Below are positions 37,566 to 47,420 of a stretch of 64,000 nt of DNA, piece by piece. The first letter of the stretch is position 1; each line of letters opens with the position of its first letter. Origin of the DNA: an uncultured virus (IMG/VR IMGVR_UViG_3300031555_004022) (Duplodnaviria; Heunggongvirae; Uroviricota; Caudoviricetes); IMG/VR virus record IMGVR_UViG_3300031555_004022. One strand, 5' to 3'. The notes under the pieces are model-generated. The model saw only the letters and a list, made by a program, of their open reading frames with translations, ran no database searches and was not told the origin of the DNA. A program made the translations under genes and the position numbers.

Positions 37566-39347
37566 TTAGGTTTCAGCACCGGCGTCGCCGGTGTCGTCGA
37601 TGGTTTCGGTGTATCTGATCGCCAGCCAATTGAAGGTCAGGCTGGCCGGGCCGGTCACCGTGAAGCCTGCGGTGTCAGATTCTGACACGTAGACCTCCCC
37701 CGCCCCCAGAGCCTGGAGCCACACGCGGTACTTTCCCGCCGCCGCGTCTGCGAAGGCGTCCGTCAGGGCGACCGTGACGGCTCCATTTTCGTCCGTTGTC
37801 GCCTGGCCGGTTTCTTTATCCTTGGCGGCGTCCGCGGCGTTCTGGGCCGCCTGGGCGGTCTGCTGGGCCGCTTCTGCGGTGTCCATTGCAGCCGCAGCCA
37901 GGGCCAGCGCGTCGTCCGCGTCCACCTGGGCTGCATCTGCCGTTTCCTTGGCTGCCAGAGCCAGCGCCCGGACTTCTTCCAGGGCTGCGACCGTGGCGTA
38001 GGTGGCGCCGGTGCTTCCCTCGACGCCCTCGATCGCCGCAGCGATCGCTTCGTCGGTCTCGTCTGCCGTGTAGTAGGACGCCAGGGCCTCCTGGAACGAC
38101 CGCTTCGCATTGGCTTCCGCCGTGTTGGCGTACTCCAGCGCGGTCGCCTCTGCGTCCTCCTGGGCCTGCTGGGCCAACGTGGCCGCGTAGTTCGTGGCGT
38201 TGGTCAGCTCGTCCTTGGTGGCAAGTCCGGCCAGCTGGGCCGTGGTGACCTCTGTGACCGTTTCGCCCACCTCGTCGGTGGTGACGTAGTCCTCCAGCTG
38301 GGCGTCTGTGTAGCCGTTCGCCAGGCGGGCGGCTGTTTCGGTGGCGATCTCCTGATCGTCCCGCTGCATTTGGGCGAAGGATTTGGAGACGTTGTTGATC
38401 TCGACCTGGTTGTCCTGGTCGTTCTCATACTCGTCGATCTCCACGATCCGCTGCTTCTCCCGGATGCCGGTGGACTTACTGACCAGGGTGATCGTGTCGC
38501 CGATGCCGTAGCCGAAGAAGTCCGGGTGTTCCGTGCTTCCCGCGGCCAGGTCTTTGACTGATCCGGTGTAGCTGGAAAGAGGTCTGCACGCTTCCGCCAG
38601 CTTTGCCAGGGCGTCCTCGCGCAGGCTTTTGACGTTGGTGTAGCGCTCGTCGCGCCATACCTTCCGCACCTTCTTCTTGCTGTAGGTATAGTCTGCCAGG
38701 ATCAGCACCGGATCGTCCACGTCCGACAGAAGGGTCATGCCATTCTTGCCGACGGGGACGATCTGGGTGAAAAATTCATAGGTGTCGCGGTCATACTCCA
38801 GGCTTTTCAGGTTGATGCCTTCCATGAAGTGGACGCCGCGATCGACGCCGCGGGCCGCGTAGATGTTGATCACGTGGTTCAGGGTGTCGATCTCGACCTC
38901 GCAGCGGTATGTGCTGACACATTGCTGAAGGATCGCCCAGGCGTCACAGTCGTCTTCCTTCCGGATCGTTCGCTTCTTCGTGATCTCGCAGACGCCCACA
39001 GTCCAGTCGCTGTCCTCCAGCGCCAGAGCCAGGACGGCGTCCACGGTCATTTCCACAGCCTCGAAGCCGCCCACGAACAGGCAGTTCTCGATGCCTTCGA
39101 TGTTCATGGTGGCCGTGACGCTGATCCAGTCGGACGTGGTGCCGCCGGTGACCTGCTTGATCACGAACTCGTCCGTCTTCGTCCGGACGTATGCCTCGTT
39201 TTTCAGCTGGCCCACATAGGGGCCGCTTTTGGGGTACTTGAAGTACAGGGTCTTCTCGTCGTATTCCAGGGCGTGCTTCACGTGCAGCTCCCGGTGTCCG
39301 ACCAGCACGCCGACGCGCTGGCCGGTGTCGGTGTATAGCTGGGGCAT
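37566..39347 (-). CDS. Tail spike / Tal-like minor structural protein
   Basis: Follows Dit; W.VG, G.NLKS, GIGDTITL patterns and a coiled-coil C-terminus. Confidence 0.75.
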   Translation of the reverse strand: MPQLYTDTGQRVGVLVGHRELHVKHALEYDEKTLYFKYPKSGPYVGQLKNEAYVRTKTDEFVIKQVTGGTTSDWISVTATMNIEGIENCLFVGGFEAVEMTVDAVLALALEDSDWTVGVCEITKKRTIRKEDDCDAWAILQQCVSTYRCEVEIDTLNHVINIYAARGVDRGVHFMEGINLKSLEYDRDTYEFFTQIVPVGKNGMTLLSDVDDPVLILADYTYSKKKVRKVWRDERYTNVKSLREDALAKLAEACRPLSSYTGSVKDLAAGSTEHPDFFGYGIGDTITLVSKSTGIREKQRIVEIDEYENDQDNQVEINNVSKSFAQMQRDDQEIATETAARLANGYTDAQLEDYVTTDEVGETVTEVTTAQLAGLATKDELTNATNYAATLAQQAQEDAEATALEYANTAEANAKRSFQEALASYYTADETDEAIAAAIEGVEGSTGATYATVAALEEVRALALAAKETADAAQVDADDALALAAAAMDTAEAAQQTAQAAQNAADAAKDKETGQATTDENGAVTVALTDAFADAAAGKYRVWLQALGAGEVYVSESDTAGFTVTGPASLTFNWLAIRYTETIDDTGDAGAET

Positions 39348-39359
39348 GGTGTCGCCTCC

Positions 39360-40061
39360 TTACAGCCAGACCGGCCAATAGTCCACGGTCACCAGGGCGT
39401 CGCCGCGGGAGAACTTCAGGGCCGCCACAGAATCGCGCAGGGCGGGCGGTTCCCAGAGATCGACGTCGGCGCCTTTGCTGACGCCGCGCTCCCAGGCGGT
39501 GCCGTCGCGTCCGTCGATCGTCACCGATACGGCGGCGGACAGGTTGGAGATCACGATGGGGTCTTCTGTCAGGCCCTCGATCGTGAAGCTGTCCATGTCC
39601 ACCTCCGGGCTGATCGTCAGGATCACCGGGGTCGGGCGGGCGCCCACGCGTTTCAGCTGGGCCTCGGTGACGCCCTGGAACTGCTGCCGCTGCATTTCGC
39701 CGCGCAGGTAGCCCCGGAACTCCAGCGTCAGCTTCTGCCGGGTTTTGCTTCTCTGCACCTGGGCGATATTGCTGGTCTTCAGATAGCCCACATACTCGCC
39801 CCGGATGCCCGGCACCTTCAGGATCGCCTCCGACGTCAGCAGGGCCAGCAGCTGGGCCATGTTCTGGATGATCTTCGACCGGTCAGGGCCGCGGAAGTAC
39901 AGCACCGCCTTCGCGGTACCGAAGGTGACCGTGGTGGTGCCCGGCGTGGGCGCCACCGCTTTGTCGATCCATTCCACGGCGACCGCGTCCTGGGCGGGCT
40001 GCATTTCAAACGTCAGCTTCGTCGCCCCGAACTTCGCGATCGGTTCGTTGTTGATTCTCAT
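39360..40061 (-). CDS. Distal tail (Dit-like) protein
   Basis: Immediately after the tape measure gene; G..PTP, TIDG..G patterns. Confidence 0.7.
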   Translation of the reverse strand: MRINNEPIAKFGATKLTFEMQPAQDAVAVEWIDKAVAPTPGTTTVTFGTAKAVLYFRGPDRSKIIQNMAQLLALLTSEAILKVPGIRGEYVGYLKTSNIAQVQRSKTRQKLTLEFRGYLRGEMQRQQFQGVTEAQLKRVGARPTPVILTISPEVDMDSFTIEGLTEDPIVISNLSAAVSVTIDGRDGTAWERGVSKGADVDLWEPPALRDSVAALKFSRGDALVTVDYWPVWL

Positions 40062-43000
40062 GTCGTCGCCCTCCTGATCGCCCGGCTGCTGCCCGCCAGG
40101 TACTTCTCGACCTTGACGATCTGCCGGGTGGTGATTTCCTCGCCGTCGATCAGACAGGTCACATAGACCACGACGTTCTGGACGGCGTCGGTCAGCTGGG
40201 CCAGTTTAGTGTCCAGCATATTACCCAGTCGCACATAGAAAGGCTCCAGGGGCAGGATCGCCTCCTTGCCTGCTTCGCCGCCACCCAGCAGCGTGTTCCC
40301 ATTCATGCCGAAGATCGTGTCGCCGTCCATGATGGCGCCGGTCTTATACCAGGAAATGCCGAACTTCGGCACCTGGGGCGGATTCAGGGAGAACTTGCCG
40401 CTGATATACGGGTGGGGCATTGCCAGCTTCGGCAGGCTCCAGGAAAAATTGAAGAAGCCCTTGATCTTGTCGATTGCAGACTTCACCACATTGATCGCAG
40501 AGTTGATCGGGGTGCTGATCGCGGTCTTGATCGCATTCCAGGTGGAGCTGGTCGCGGACTTGATGCTGTTCCAGACAGACGACACGGTGGTCTTCACGGC
40601 GTTGACAGCGGTGGAGACGGCGGACTTCACGCCGTTGATGTCTCCGGTGACCAGGGCCTTGATACCGGCCCAGACGCTGCTGGTGACGGTCTTGATGCCG
40701 TTCCAGACGGTGCTGATCACAGACTTCACCGTATTGACCGCGGTGCTGACGATCGTGCTGATCGTGTTCCAGACCGTGCTGATCGTGTTCTTGATGCCGT
40801 TCCAGGCGCTGGTGAAGATGGAGCTGATCGTGTTCAGGATGCCGGTGATCGTTGTGACGATGCCGTTCCACAGCCCCACGAAGAAGTTCTTGATGTTGTT
40901 CCACAGGTTCACGAAGAAGGTGCTGATCGACGTCCACACGGTGTTCCAGTCGGTGCCAAACCACCCCAGGATCACGTCAGCGACGCCGCGGATCGTGGTG
41001 ACCCAGTTGCTGAAGGTGTTCTTCGCGTATTCCCAGGCATTTGCAAAAATGCCCTTTACAGCCTCCCAGCAGCCCTCCCAGTCGCCTTTGAATAGCGCAA
41101 TGAAGAAGTCAACGACGCCCAGGATGTGGTTCGTCACAGCCGTCAACGTGTTGCTGATATGTTGGAAGGCTCCCTCGAATACCGGCGCCAGGAACTCACA
41201 CAGAGCATTCCACACGGTTTTGATCGCCGCGCTGACGCTCTCGAATGTGATGCCCATGCCGCCCAGGCGTTCCTTCAGTCCTTCGATAAAAGTGCCGACG
41301 GTGTTCTTGATCTCGTTCCAGATGTCAATGATCGCCGTCCGGAAGCCTTCGTTCGTGTTCCATAGGTGCATGAACGCCGCCACCAGGGCCGCCACCACAG
41401 CAGCGACCGCCAGCACCGGTGCAGACACTCCAGCCAGAGCCACCTTCACAGCGGCCAGGCCGGTCTTCATCAGTTTGAACGCGTTCACCACGTTCTTGAC
41501 GGTTTTGATCACTTTGGAGACGCCCAGGATCAGCGGGCCGATCGCAGCCACGACGCCCGCCACCGTCAGGATCGTCTTCTTCGTGTCCTCGTCAGCGGCA
41601 GCGAAGGCCGCCGCCCACTCCTGAATCCTTGCGACGACGTTCCGGATCGTGGGCATTAAGATGTCGCCGATCTGAATCGCGATACCCTCGATGGTGGACT
41701 TCAGGATGGTGATCTGTCCGGACAGGTTGTCCAGTTTTACGGCAGCCGCAGCTTCCGCGGCGCCTTCGCAGCCGTAGATCGCTTCCGTCAGGCTTTGGAA
41801 GTCTGCGTCAGATGCGGATACGATAGCCGCCCAGCCGGACATGGCTTCCGTGCCGAAGATCGTAGACAGGGCCTGGGCCTGGGTTGTTGCATCCAGGTCT
41901 CCCATAGCAGACCGCAGGTTCTGCATTGTTCCCATGAAGTCGACGCTGCCGTCCTCCGTGGTCGCAATGTTGAAGCCATACTGTTCCATTGCTTTCGCCG
42001 CTTCTGTCGTCGGGTCGATCAACTTGGACAGACCAGAACGCAGAGCCGTGCCCGCCTGGCTTGCCTTGATACCTGCATTGCCCATCAAGCCCGTGGCGAT
42101 CGCGCAGTCTTCGACGGTGATGCCCAGGGTGCCGCACACGGCGCCCGCGTACTTGAACGTCTCACCCATCATGGCGACGCTTGTGTTCGCATTATTTCCA
42201 GCCGCCACCAGGACGTCCGCAAAATGTGCAGAATCCGACGCCGCCAGCCCGAAGGCGGTCAGACCGTCGGTCAGTATGTCCGAAGTCGCGGCCAGGTCTT
42301 CACCGCTGGCTGCCGCGGCGTTCATTACGCCCGCGATACCGTCCAGCATATCCTCCGTCGACCAGCCTGCCATGGCCATGTATTCCATGGCGGACGCAGC
42401 TTCCGAAGCAGAGAACGCGGTGGTGCTGCCCATTTCCAAGGCTTTGTCGCGCAGGGCGTCGAAGTCGTCGCCGGTCGCTCCGGAGATAGACTGCACCGTG
42501 GACATTTCCGCGTCAAAGTCCGCCGTGGTCTTCACCGCAGCGGCGCCCATGCCAACGACGGCGCCGGTGACGACCATGAGCTTCTGGCCCACGTTGTCCA
42601 TGACCTCGGTGGCCTTGTCGGCCTTCTTTGTCCACTCGTCCCAGGCGGCGTCCTTCAGTTCCTTATTGGTCTTTTTCAGCTCACCCTGTAATTCCACCAG
42701 GGCCTGCTCGCTCTTATTGGTGGCGACCGTCTGCTTCGACAGTCTTTCCTCGGTTTTGCTGACCTGGGCGGCGGCGTCCTTTTCTTCCTTGGTCAGCTGG
42801 GCCAGTTCTTCCTTCAGCGCCTTCGTCTCGTCGCTGTTCTCGCCGGTCGCGGCGGTGGACTGCTCGATGGCCGCCTTCGTGGCCTGAATTTTGGATTGAA
42901 GTTCGGACTGCTTGCTTTTCCATTTGTCAAGCTGCTGCACCAGCTCTTGCTGCCGGTCTTTGTTCAGCTTGACGATGTCCGCCTGCTGGCTGATCTGGGC

Positions 43001-43174
43001 CTGCAAGCCGCTGATCTTTGCCTTCAGGGCGTCCTGGGCGGAACCGAACAATTTCGCCTGGGTGGTCGCCAGGCTGGTCTCGCTGGACAGCTCCTTCATG
43101 GACTGCACAGCCTTCTTCATCTCTTGCTGGAAGCTGCTGCTGTCCGATGTGACGCGGACGCTTGTCTTCGACAT
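40058..43174 (-). CDS. Tail tape measure protein (TP901 family)
   Basis: FDAEMS.V, T.FSASEAA.AM.YMAMAGW, GIKASQAGT; Trp-spaced helical repeats. Confidence 0.95.
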   Translation of the reverse strand: MSKTSVRVTSDSSSFQQEMKKAVQSMKELSSETSLATTQAKLFGSAQDALKAKISGLQAQISQQADIVKLNKDRQQELVQQLDKWKSKQSELQSKIQATKAAIEQSTAATGENSDETKALKEELAQLTKEEKDAAAQVSKTEERLSKQTVATNKSEQALVELQGELKKTNKELKDAAWDEWTKKADKATEVMDNVGQKLMVVTGAVVGMGAAAVKTTADFDAEMSTVQSISGATGDDFDALRDKALEMGSTTAFSASEAASAMEYMAMAGWSTEDMLDGIAGVMNAAAASGEDLAATSDILTDGLTAFGLAASDSAHFADVLVAAGNNANTSVAMMGETFKYAGAVCGTLGITVEDCAIATGLMGNAGIKASQAGTALRSGLSKLIDPTTEAAKAMEQYGFNIATTEDGSVDFMGTMQNLRSAMGDLDATTQAQALSTIFGTEAMSGWAAIVSASDADFQSLTEAIYGCEGAAEAAAAVKLDNLSGQITILKSTIEGIAIQIGDILMPTIRNVVARIQEWAAAFAAADEDTKKTILTVAGVVAAIGPLILGVSKVIKTVKNVVNAFKLMKTGLAAVKVALAGVSAPVLAVAAVVAALVAAFMHLWNTNEGFRTAIIDIWNEIKNTVGTFIEGLKERLGGMGITFESVSAAIKTVWNALCEFLAPVFEGAFQHISNTLTAVTNHILGVVDFFIALFKGDWEGCWEAVKGIFANAWEYAKNTFSNWVTTIRGVADVILGWFGTDWNTVWTSISTFFVNLWNNIKNFFVGLWNGIVTTITGILNTISSIFTSAWNGIKNTISTVWNTISTIVSTAVNTVKSVISTVWNGIKTVTSSVWAGIKALVTGDINGVKSAVSTAVNAVKTTVSSVWNSIKSATSSTWNAIKTAISTPINSAINVVKSAIDKIKGFFNFSWSLPKLAMPHPYISGKFSLNPPQVPKFGISWYKTGAIMDGDTIFGMNGNTLLGGGEAGKEAILPLEPFYVRLGNMLDTKLAQLTDAVQNVVVYVTCLIDGEEITTRQIVKVEKYLAGSSRAIRRATT

Positions 43175-43178
43175 TGTT

Positions 43179-43655
43179 CTATCCTCCCTTCTGCTCTGGC
43201 TGGTGGTCAAATTCCCAGCGCAGATGCTCTAATAGCGGCACCAGTTCCTCCTTCATGGTGTCGGTGTAGGACTGGCGCATGATTTTGATCGCCGCTTGTG
43301 TCACGGCTTCGATATTCTCCAGGCACGTCTCCCAGACGTTGATTTCGTCCAATTCGTCGTAGCCGTTCTCCGCGTCATACTCGTCGAAGACGCTGGCCTC
43401 CCGCTCCACGGGCGGCTCGTCCGACAGGATGGAGAATTTCGGCAGCACGACCTCTTGCATGACGAAGTGGACGGCCTTGATCACCGTCAGGACTTCGACG
43501 ATGTCGGCGCGGATCACGTCCGCCGGGCGAAGGTCGCCGAACAATTCCGGCAGCATACGGGTCGCCGTTTTCAGAACGGCCTGGACGCTGTCGTCGGTGT
43601 CCAGCATTGCCTTCACATAACGCTTTGCCTGCTGCACGGTGATCTTGTCCATCAT
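43179..43655 (-). CDS. Tail assembly chaperone, frameshift extension (T part)
   Basis: Open -1 frame continuing from the slippery site in the upstream gene. Confidence 0.75.
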   Translation of the reverse strand: MMDKITVQQAKRYVKAMLDTDDSVQAVLKTATRMLPELFGDLRPADVIRADIVEVLTVIKAVHFVMQEVVLPKFSILSDEPPVEREASVFDEYDAENGYDELDEINVWETCLENIEAVTQAAIKIMRQSYTDTMKEELVPLLEHLRWEFDHQPEQKGG

Positions 43656-43699
43656 GCAGCAGGCGGTTCTGTTCCGGGTTGTGATCAGCTGGTCGTCGA

Positions 43700-44023
43700 T
43701 TACGTGCCAGCGGTAAAATTTTCCTTCATGCCCGTGATGGAATCGTTGACCTGATTCAGCAGCACGGTCTCGATCATGGAGAACTGCACGATCACCTCGC
43801 CGGGCTTCAGACCTTCAGCGCCCAACAGTTCCGCGCGGGTGAACTGGTTGCCGTACAGCTTCACAAGCTGGTCGGCCATGGCATAGAAGTCCTTCCGGGT
43901 GTACAGTTCCCGCTCTGCGATAGGTTCGCGGACGTCGCAATACTCCAGGTACTGCTCCGTGGTTACGGTGGGCAGCTCATAGGTCTGACCGCCGATGGTG
44001 ATGCTGGCGTTGGGCATTTTCAT
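43700..44023 (-). CDS. Tail assembly chaperone (G part)
   Basis: Between major tail and tape measure genes; LYGNQFT..EL; ends with A AAT TTT. Confidence 0.8.
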   Translation of the reverse strand: MKMPNASITIGGQTYELPTVTTEQYLEYCDVREPIAERELYTRKDFYAMADQLVKLYGNQFTRAELLGAEGLKPGEVIVQFSMIETVLLNQVNDSITGMKENFTAGT

Positions 44024-44038
44024 CGTCTGACCCTCCGA

Positions 44039-44710
44039 TTATTCAGTCTGGGCGGCCTGGGCGGTGCCGGGGTACTCCTGCACCTTCTCAAACCATGCCT
44101 TGATGGCTGCGGTCGCCTGGGCTGCGTCCGTCGCCAGGTTGGATTCGTCCACGCGGACGCGCACCAGATGCTTTTCCTCGACCTCGCCGGTGGTGGCGTT
44201 GGGCAGGTTGTCAGCCTTTGCGCGCTCATAGAAGGACGCCTTGATGGTAGAGGTGACGGCGTTCTTCTTGTCCTCGATGGTGTTGTATTCCTCGTCCTGG
44301 CCCTGGTCGAACTTGCCGCAGTAGTACCAGACAAATTCGTACTTGCCGTTCAGCTGACGCGTCCGGAAGCCCAGCGCCAGCTCGACGGGGTTGTCTTCGG
44401 ACGCCTCGACCAGGTAGCCCTCCGCCCACAGGCGGTTCCAGAGGGCGGCGCGATCCTGGGGTGCCAGGGCGTTGACCTCCAGCTCGATCGTGGTGCCCTG
44501 GTAGGTGTTCACGATGTCCTCGGTGCCGTCGTCGGAGTAAATCTTCTCGCTGTTGTAGTTGTCGGTGATCTTCGCCTTGATTGCGCGGGCGAACTTGAAG
44601 GGAGTGCCCGCAGTATAGCCGTCGGTCGCGTTCTTGGTTACCTTCGCCAGGTAAATATCACGCAGGCCGCAGCGTCTGGAGCGGACGATGGTCTGGGTGG
44701 TTTCACTCAT
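44039..44710 (-). CDS. Major tail protein (phi13-like)
   Basis: GLRDIY.A, YSDD, ALGFR...NG.YEFVW.Y.GKF. Confidence 0.85.
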   Translation of the reverse strand: MSETTQTIVRSRRCGLRDIYLAKVTKNATDGYTAGTPFKFARAIKAKITDNYNSEKIYSDDGTEDIVNTYQGTTIELEVNALAPQDRAALWNRLWAEGYLVEASEDNPVELALGFRTRQLNGKYEFVWYYCGKFDQGQDEEYNTIEDKKNAVTSTIKASFYERAKADNLPNATTGEVEEKHLVRVRVDESNLATDAAQATAAIKAWFEKVQEYPGTAQAAQTE

Positions 44711-45060
44711 TCTTCTGTTTCCTCCTTGTCAAAATGGAAACGCTGGGGCTTCATAAAGATGCCCCCGTCGTTTTGCGTGTCGTCCTGGCTTCCACCCGTC
44801 CAGGTGAAGCCAGCGGCGACCATTAACTTCTTGATTCTCCGGGCCAGGGCGACCTCGTCCTGGTTGGAGAAGATCGTGACCTGGACGTCTCCGCCGATCA
44901 CGTCATTCTCGTCGTCGCTGAAGCCTTCCGGGTTTGTGCCCAGGTTCCACAGCGTGACGTGGGTGTCGTTGATGTTCTTGTCATACCATCCCTGCTGGAC
45001 GGTGATGCCTTCGGCCTGGATAGGTTCCAGGGCCGCAGCCGCTAACGCGATAATATCCAT
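44707..45060 (-). CDS. Tail completion/terminator protein
   Basis: Synteny; QVTIFS...M..AGF. Confidence 0.65.
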   Translation of the reverse strand: MDIIALAAAALEPIQAEGITVQQGWYDKNINDTHVTLWNLGTNPEGFSDDENDVIGGDVQVTIFSNQDEVALARRIKKLMVAAGFTWTGGSQDDTQNDGGIFMKPQRFHFDKEETEE

Positions 45061-45063
45061 GTG

Positions 45064-45507
45064 TCAGCCTCCCAGCTTCTTTTTCAGTAGCGCCTCGTAT
45101 TCTTCCCTTGCGATCTCAACGATCTGGGTCTCTGTCTCCCGGATCGCGACCTCGATGAAGTCCCGCGGGGGCATTTTCCACGTCCCCCACTCCACGAACT
45201 TCATGTAGAAATATTCCGAAGCGTCACCCAAATCCCAGCCGACCTCCGCCCACGCCTGGGTGCCGCGGGTGCTGATCTTACTGATCGGCACGTTTTCCTT
45301 CGCGTGTCCGCCTGGGCGGTAGCCTTCCTTGCCGGACTTGGCGTTGTCGCCGCTGACCGGGATGTGCTTTTGCATGGCTTCCTTCACGATCGGCGTGCTG
45401 CGTTCAACGACGCGCTTGTTCGCCGCCTTCATTTCCTTCTCGGACGCCACTTCCTCCAGGGCCTTCAGTTGCTCCTTCAGGCCCGAAAAGTCCAGGGTGA
45501 TCTTCAT
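45064..45507 (-). CDS. HK97 gp10-family neck protein
   Basis: FYMKFVEWGT.KMPP.DF. Confidence 0.8.
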   Translation of the reverse strand: MKITLDFSGLKEQLKALEEVASEKEMKAANKRVVERSTPIVKEAMQKHIPVSGDNAKSGKEGYRPGGHAKENVPISKISTRGTQAWAEVGWDLGDASEYFYMKFVEWGTWKMPPRDFIEVAIRETETQIVEIAREEYEALLKKKLGG

Positions 45508-45511
45508 GCGA

Positions 45512-45832
45512 TCAGTCCGTTCTGGATGCCAGAATCCGCACCTTTCCCTCATGGCTGCGGGAAGGGTCGGAGCTGTTCAGGGTGTACGGCTTCCCCTTGT
45601 AGATCGCCCGGTACTGCTTCAGATTGTCCAGGATGTCCTGGATTTTCTCGCAGGTTCTGACCTCCAGCGTGATCGCGTCGGTCAGCGATCGGTTGTTGAC
45701 GTCAGTCTGTTCCCGGATGGACAGGCCCGGAAGGTCAGCCCAGGCGGCGTAAAACGTCGCCCAGGTGTCCTTCTTGCGGCCTTCCTCGACCTTCTGGGTC
45801 TTCTTCTCGAAAGTGATGCGCGCGCTATTCAT
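45512..45832 (-). CDS. Head closure / head-tail adaptor
   Basis: RITFEK...W......WA; synteny. Confidence 0.7.
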   Translation of the reverse strand: MNSARITFEKKTQKVEEGRKKDTWATFYAAWADLPGLSIREQTDVNNRSLTDAITLEVRTCEKIQDILDNLKQYRAIYKGKPYTLNSSDPSRSHEGKVRILASRTD

Positions 45833-46133
45833 CGGCCTGCACCGCCTTCGGTTCGTAGATTTCGGACAGCAGCATGGACGCGGCGGCGATCTTCAGCTGC
45901 TGCTTCTCCTTGCCGTACTTCTCCCGGTTGTCGTACAGGTCTTTGACGGTGACGAACAGGATGATCTTCTGCCGCCCCGTCATTTTGTCGGCGTCGAAGG
46001 ACGGGATCACGTCGGCCATGCTTTCCGCGGCGGCGTCGACCATGATCTCGACCAGGTCGTCGTCGTCTGCGTAGTCAATCCGGGCGTACTTCTTCGCCTT
46101 CGCCGTCAGTTCTGCCAGGGTTCCAGAAGTCAT
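45825..46133 (-). CDS. Head-tail connector (gp6-like)
   Basis: KKYARID..DDD.L...LYDNRE. Confidence 0.8.
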   Translation of the reverse strand: MTSGTLAELTAKAKKYARIDYADDDDLVEIMVDAAAESMADVIPSFDADKMTGRQKIILFVTVKDLYDNREKYGKEKQQLKIAAASMLLSEIYEPKAVQADE

Positions 46134-46147
46134 TGGTCAGCCTCCGA

Positions 46148-47404
46148 TCAGCCCGCGGTGGGGATGGTGATCTTGCCCAGGACGACGGCGGCGGTGTCCA
46201 CGGGCTGGACATCGAAGCGGTCGCGCACCTTCAGGCCGGTCTTGTCCTTCGCCCACAGGTCGCCCGCGGTGGTGGAAATATCCAGGCTGATCACGTCGCG
46301 GTCGAACAGGGTGACGGCCTCGTTCAGGTCGCCGCAGTAAATGGGGACGATGGTGGAGCCTTCGCCGGTTTCGTTCTTCAGTACCTTGTTGGACAGCTTG
46401 ACGATGGGGTACTCACCGAACAGCAGCTTCTTGGTCTTCTGGGTGGGATCGGGCTGGATGATGTACTTGCCGTCTTCGTCCTTCAGCTTGTCCAGGAAGT
46501 TGAAGCCGGTCTGGTTGGTGTACACGGCGGCGCCCTGGGCGATCGCGGGGTCAAGCACGATGTTGAAGATGTCCTTCAGGTCGTCGACGCCGGTGATCGC
46601 GTAAGAGGTATCGCCGACGCAGGTCTTCAGCGCGGCCAGAATCTTCGCGTTTCTGGTGGCGCGGGACTTCTTGGCGATCCACTTCTTCAGGTATGCCAGG
46701 ATGTTCTCGGCGGTGTCCTCCAGCAGCTCTGCGGTGACCTTCAGGATGCCGCCGTACTTCTTGATCTTGTAGGAAATGGAGCGCAGCTTGGGGGTCTCCT
46801 GTTCCTGGAACTCGCCGCCCTCCTCGACTTCGGGCCACTCGGTGCTGTCAGCGTCGACTTCGATCACGCGGGTGCCGGTCTTGGTGCTGACGTGTTCCAC
46901 GTTGACGTAGTTCTCCAGGTTGTCAGCGGTGGCGCGGCGCAGTTCGCGGATGCTGGTGGTGATGTCCTGGGGGACAGTCAGGCCACCGTCTTCGCCGGAA
47001 TCTTCGCCGGGGGTGCCTTCTACCATTTCTGCATGGATTTCGGCGTCACGCTTCAGGACGGCCACGGCGTCCGCGGGTGCCTTCTTGCCCTTCAGGCGGG
47101 CGCGGATCATAGCGACCAGGGCGGAGCCTACCTGCTTTGCGGTGGGGGCGACAGGGTCGCCGTCGGGATCGCCAGCGCCTGCGGGCTTCTTGCCTGCGGG
47201 GGTGCCGGTGGCGCCAGCAGCGCCGGGATCACCGGGATCACCGTCGTCGTCCAGGTCGTACAGCAGGTCGAACTCCTTCTGCTCCTTTGCCATCAGGGCC
47301 TTCTCGGTGGTTGCTTCGTCCAGCTTACCGGCAGCGACCAGGTCTTTGACCTTCTGCTTGCGGGCGTTGATGCTGGCCAGCAGTTTCTTCAGCTTTTCGT
47401 TCAT
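46148..47404 (-). CDS. Major capsid protein (HK97 fold)
   Basis: DGGLTVPQDI, VTAELLED, LKDEDGKYI, GDL. Confidence 0.9.
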   Translation of the reverse strand: MNEKLKKLLASINARKQKVKDLVAAGKLDEATTEKALMAKEQKEFDLLYDLDDDGDPGDPGAAGATGTPAGKKPAGAGDPDGDPVAPTAKQVGSALVAMIRARLKGKKAPADAVAVLKRDAEIHAEMVEGTPGEDSGEDGGLTVPQDITTSIRELRRATADNLENYVNVEHVSTKTGTRVIEVDADSTEWPEVEEGGEFQEQETPKLRSISYKIKKYGGILKVTAELLEDTAENILAYLKKWIAKKSRATRNAKILAALKTCVGDTSYAITGVDDLKDIFNIVLDPAIAQGAAVYTNQTGFNFLDKLKDEDGKYIIQPDPTQKTKKLLFGEYPIVKLSNKVLKNETGEGSTIVPIYCGDLNEAVTLFDRDVISLDISTTAGDLWAKDKTGLKVRDRFDVQPVDTAAVVLGKITIPTAG

Positions 47405-47420
47405 ACTTTTCGTTCTCCTT

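Noticed and set aside
40480..40960. Periodic repeats suggestive of a CRISPR array or VNTR
   Set aside because: Degenerate coding repeats of the tape measure protein; no identical repeats with unique spacers and no cas genes in the window
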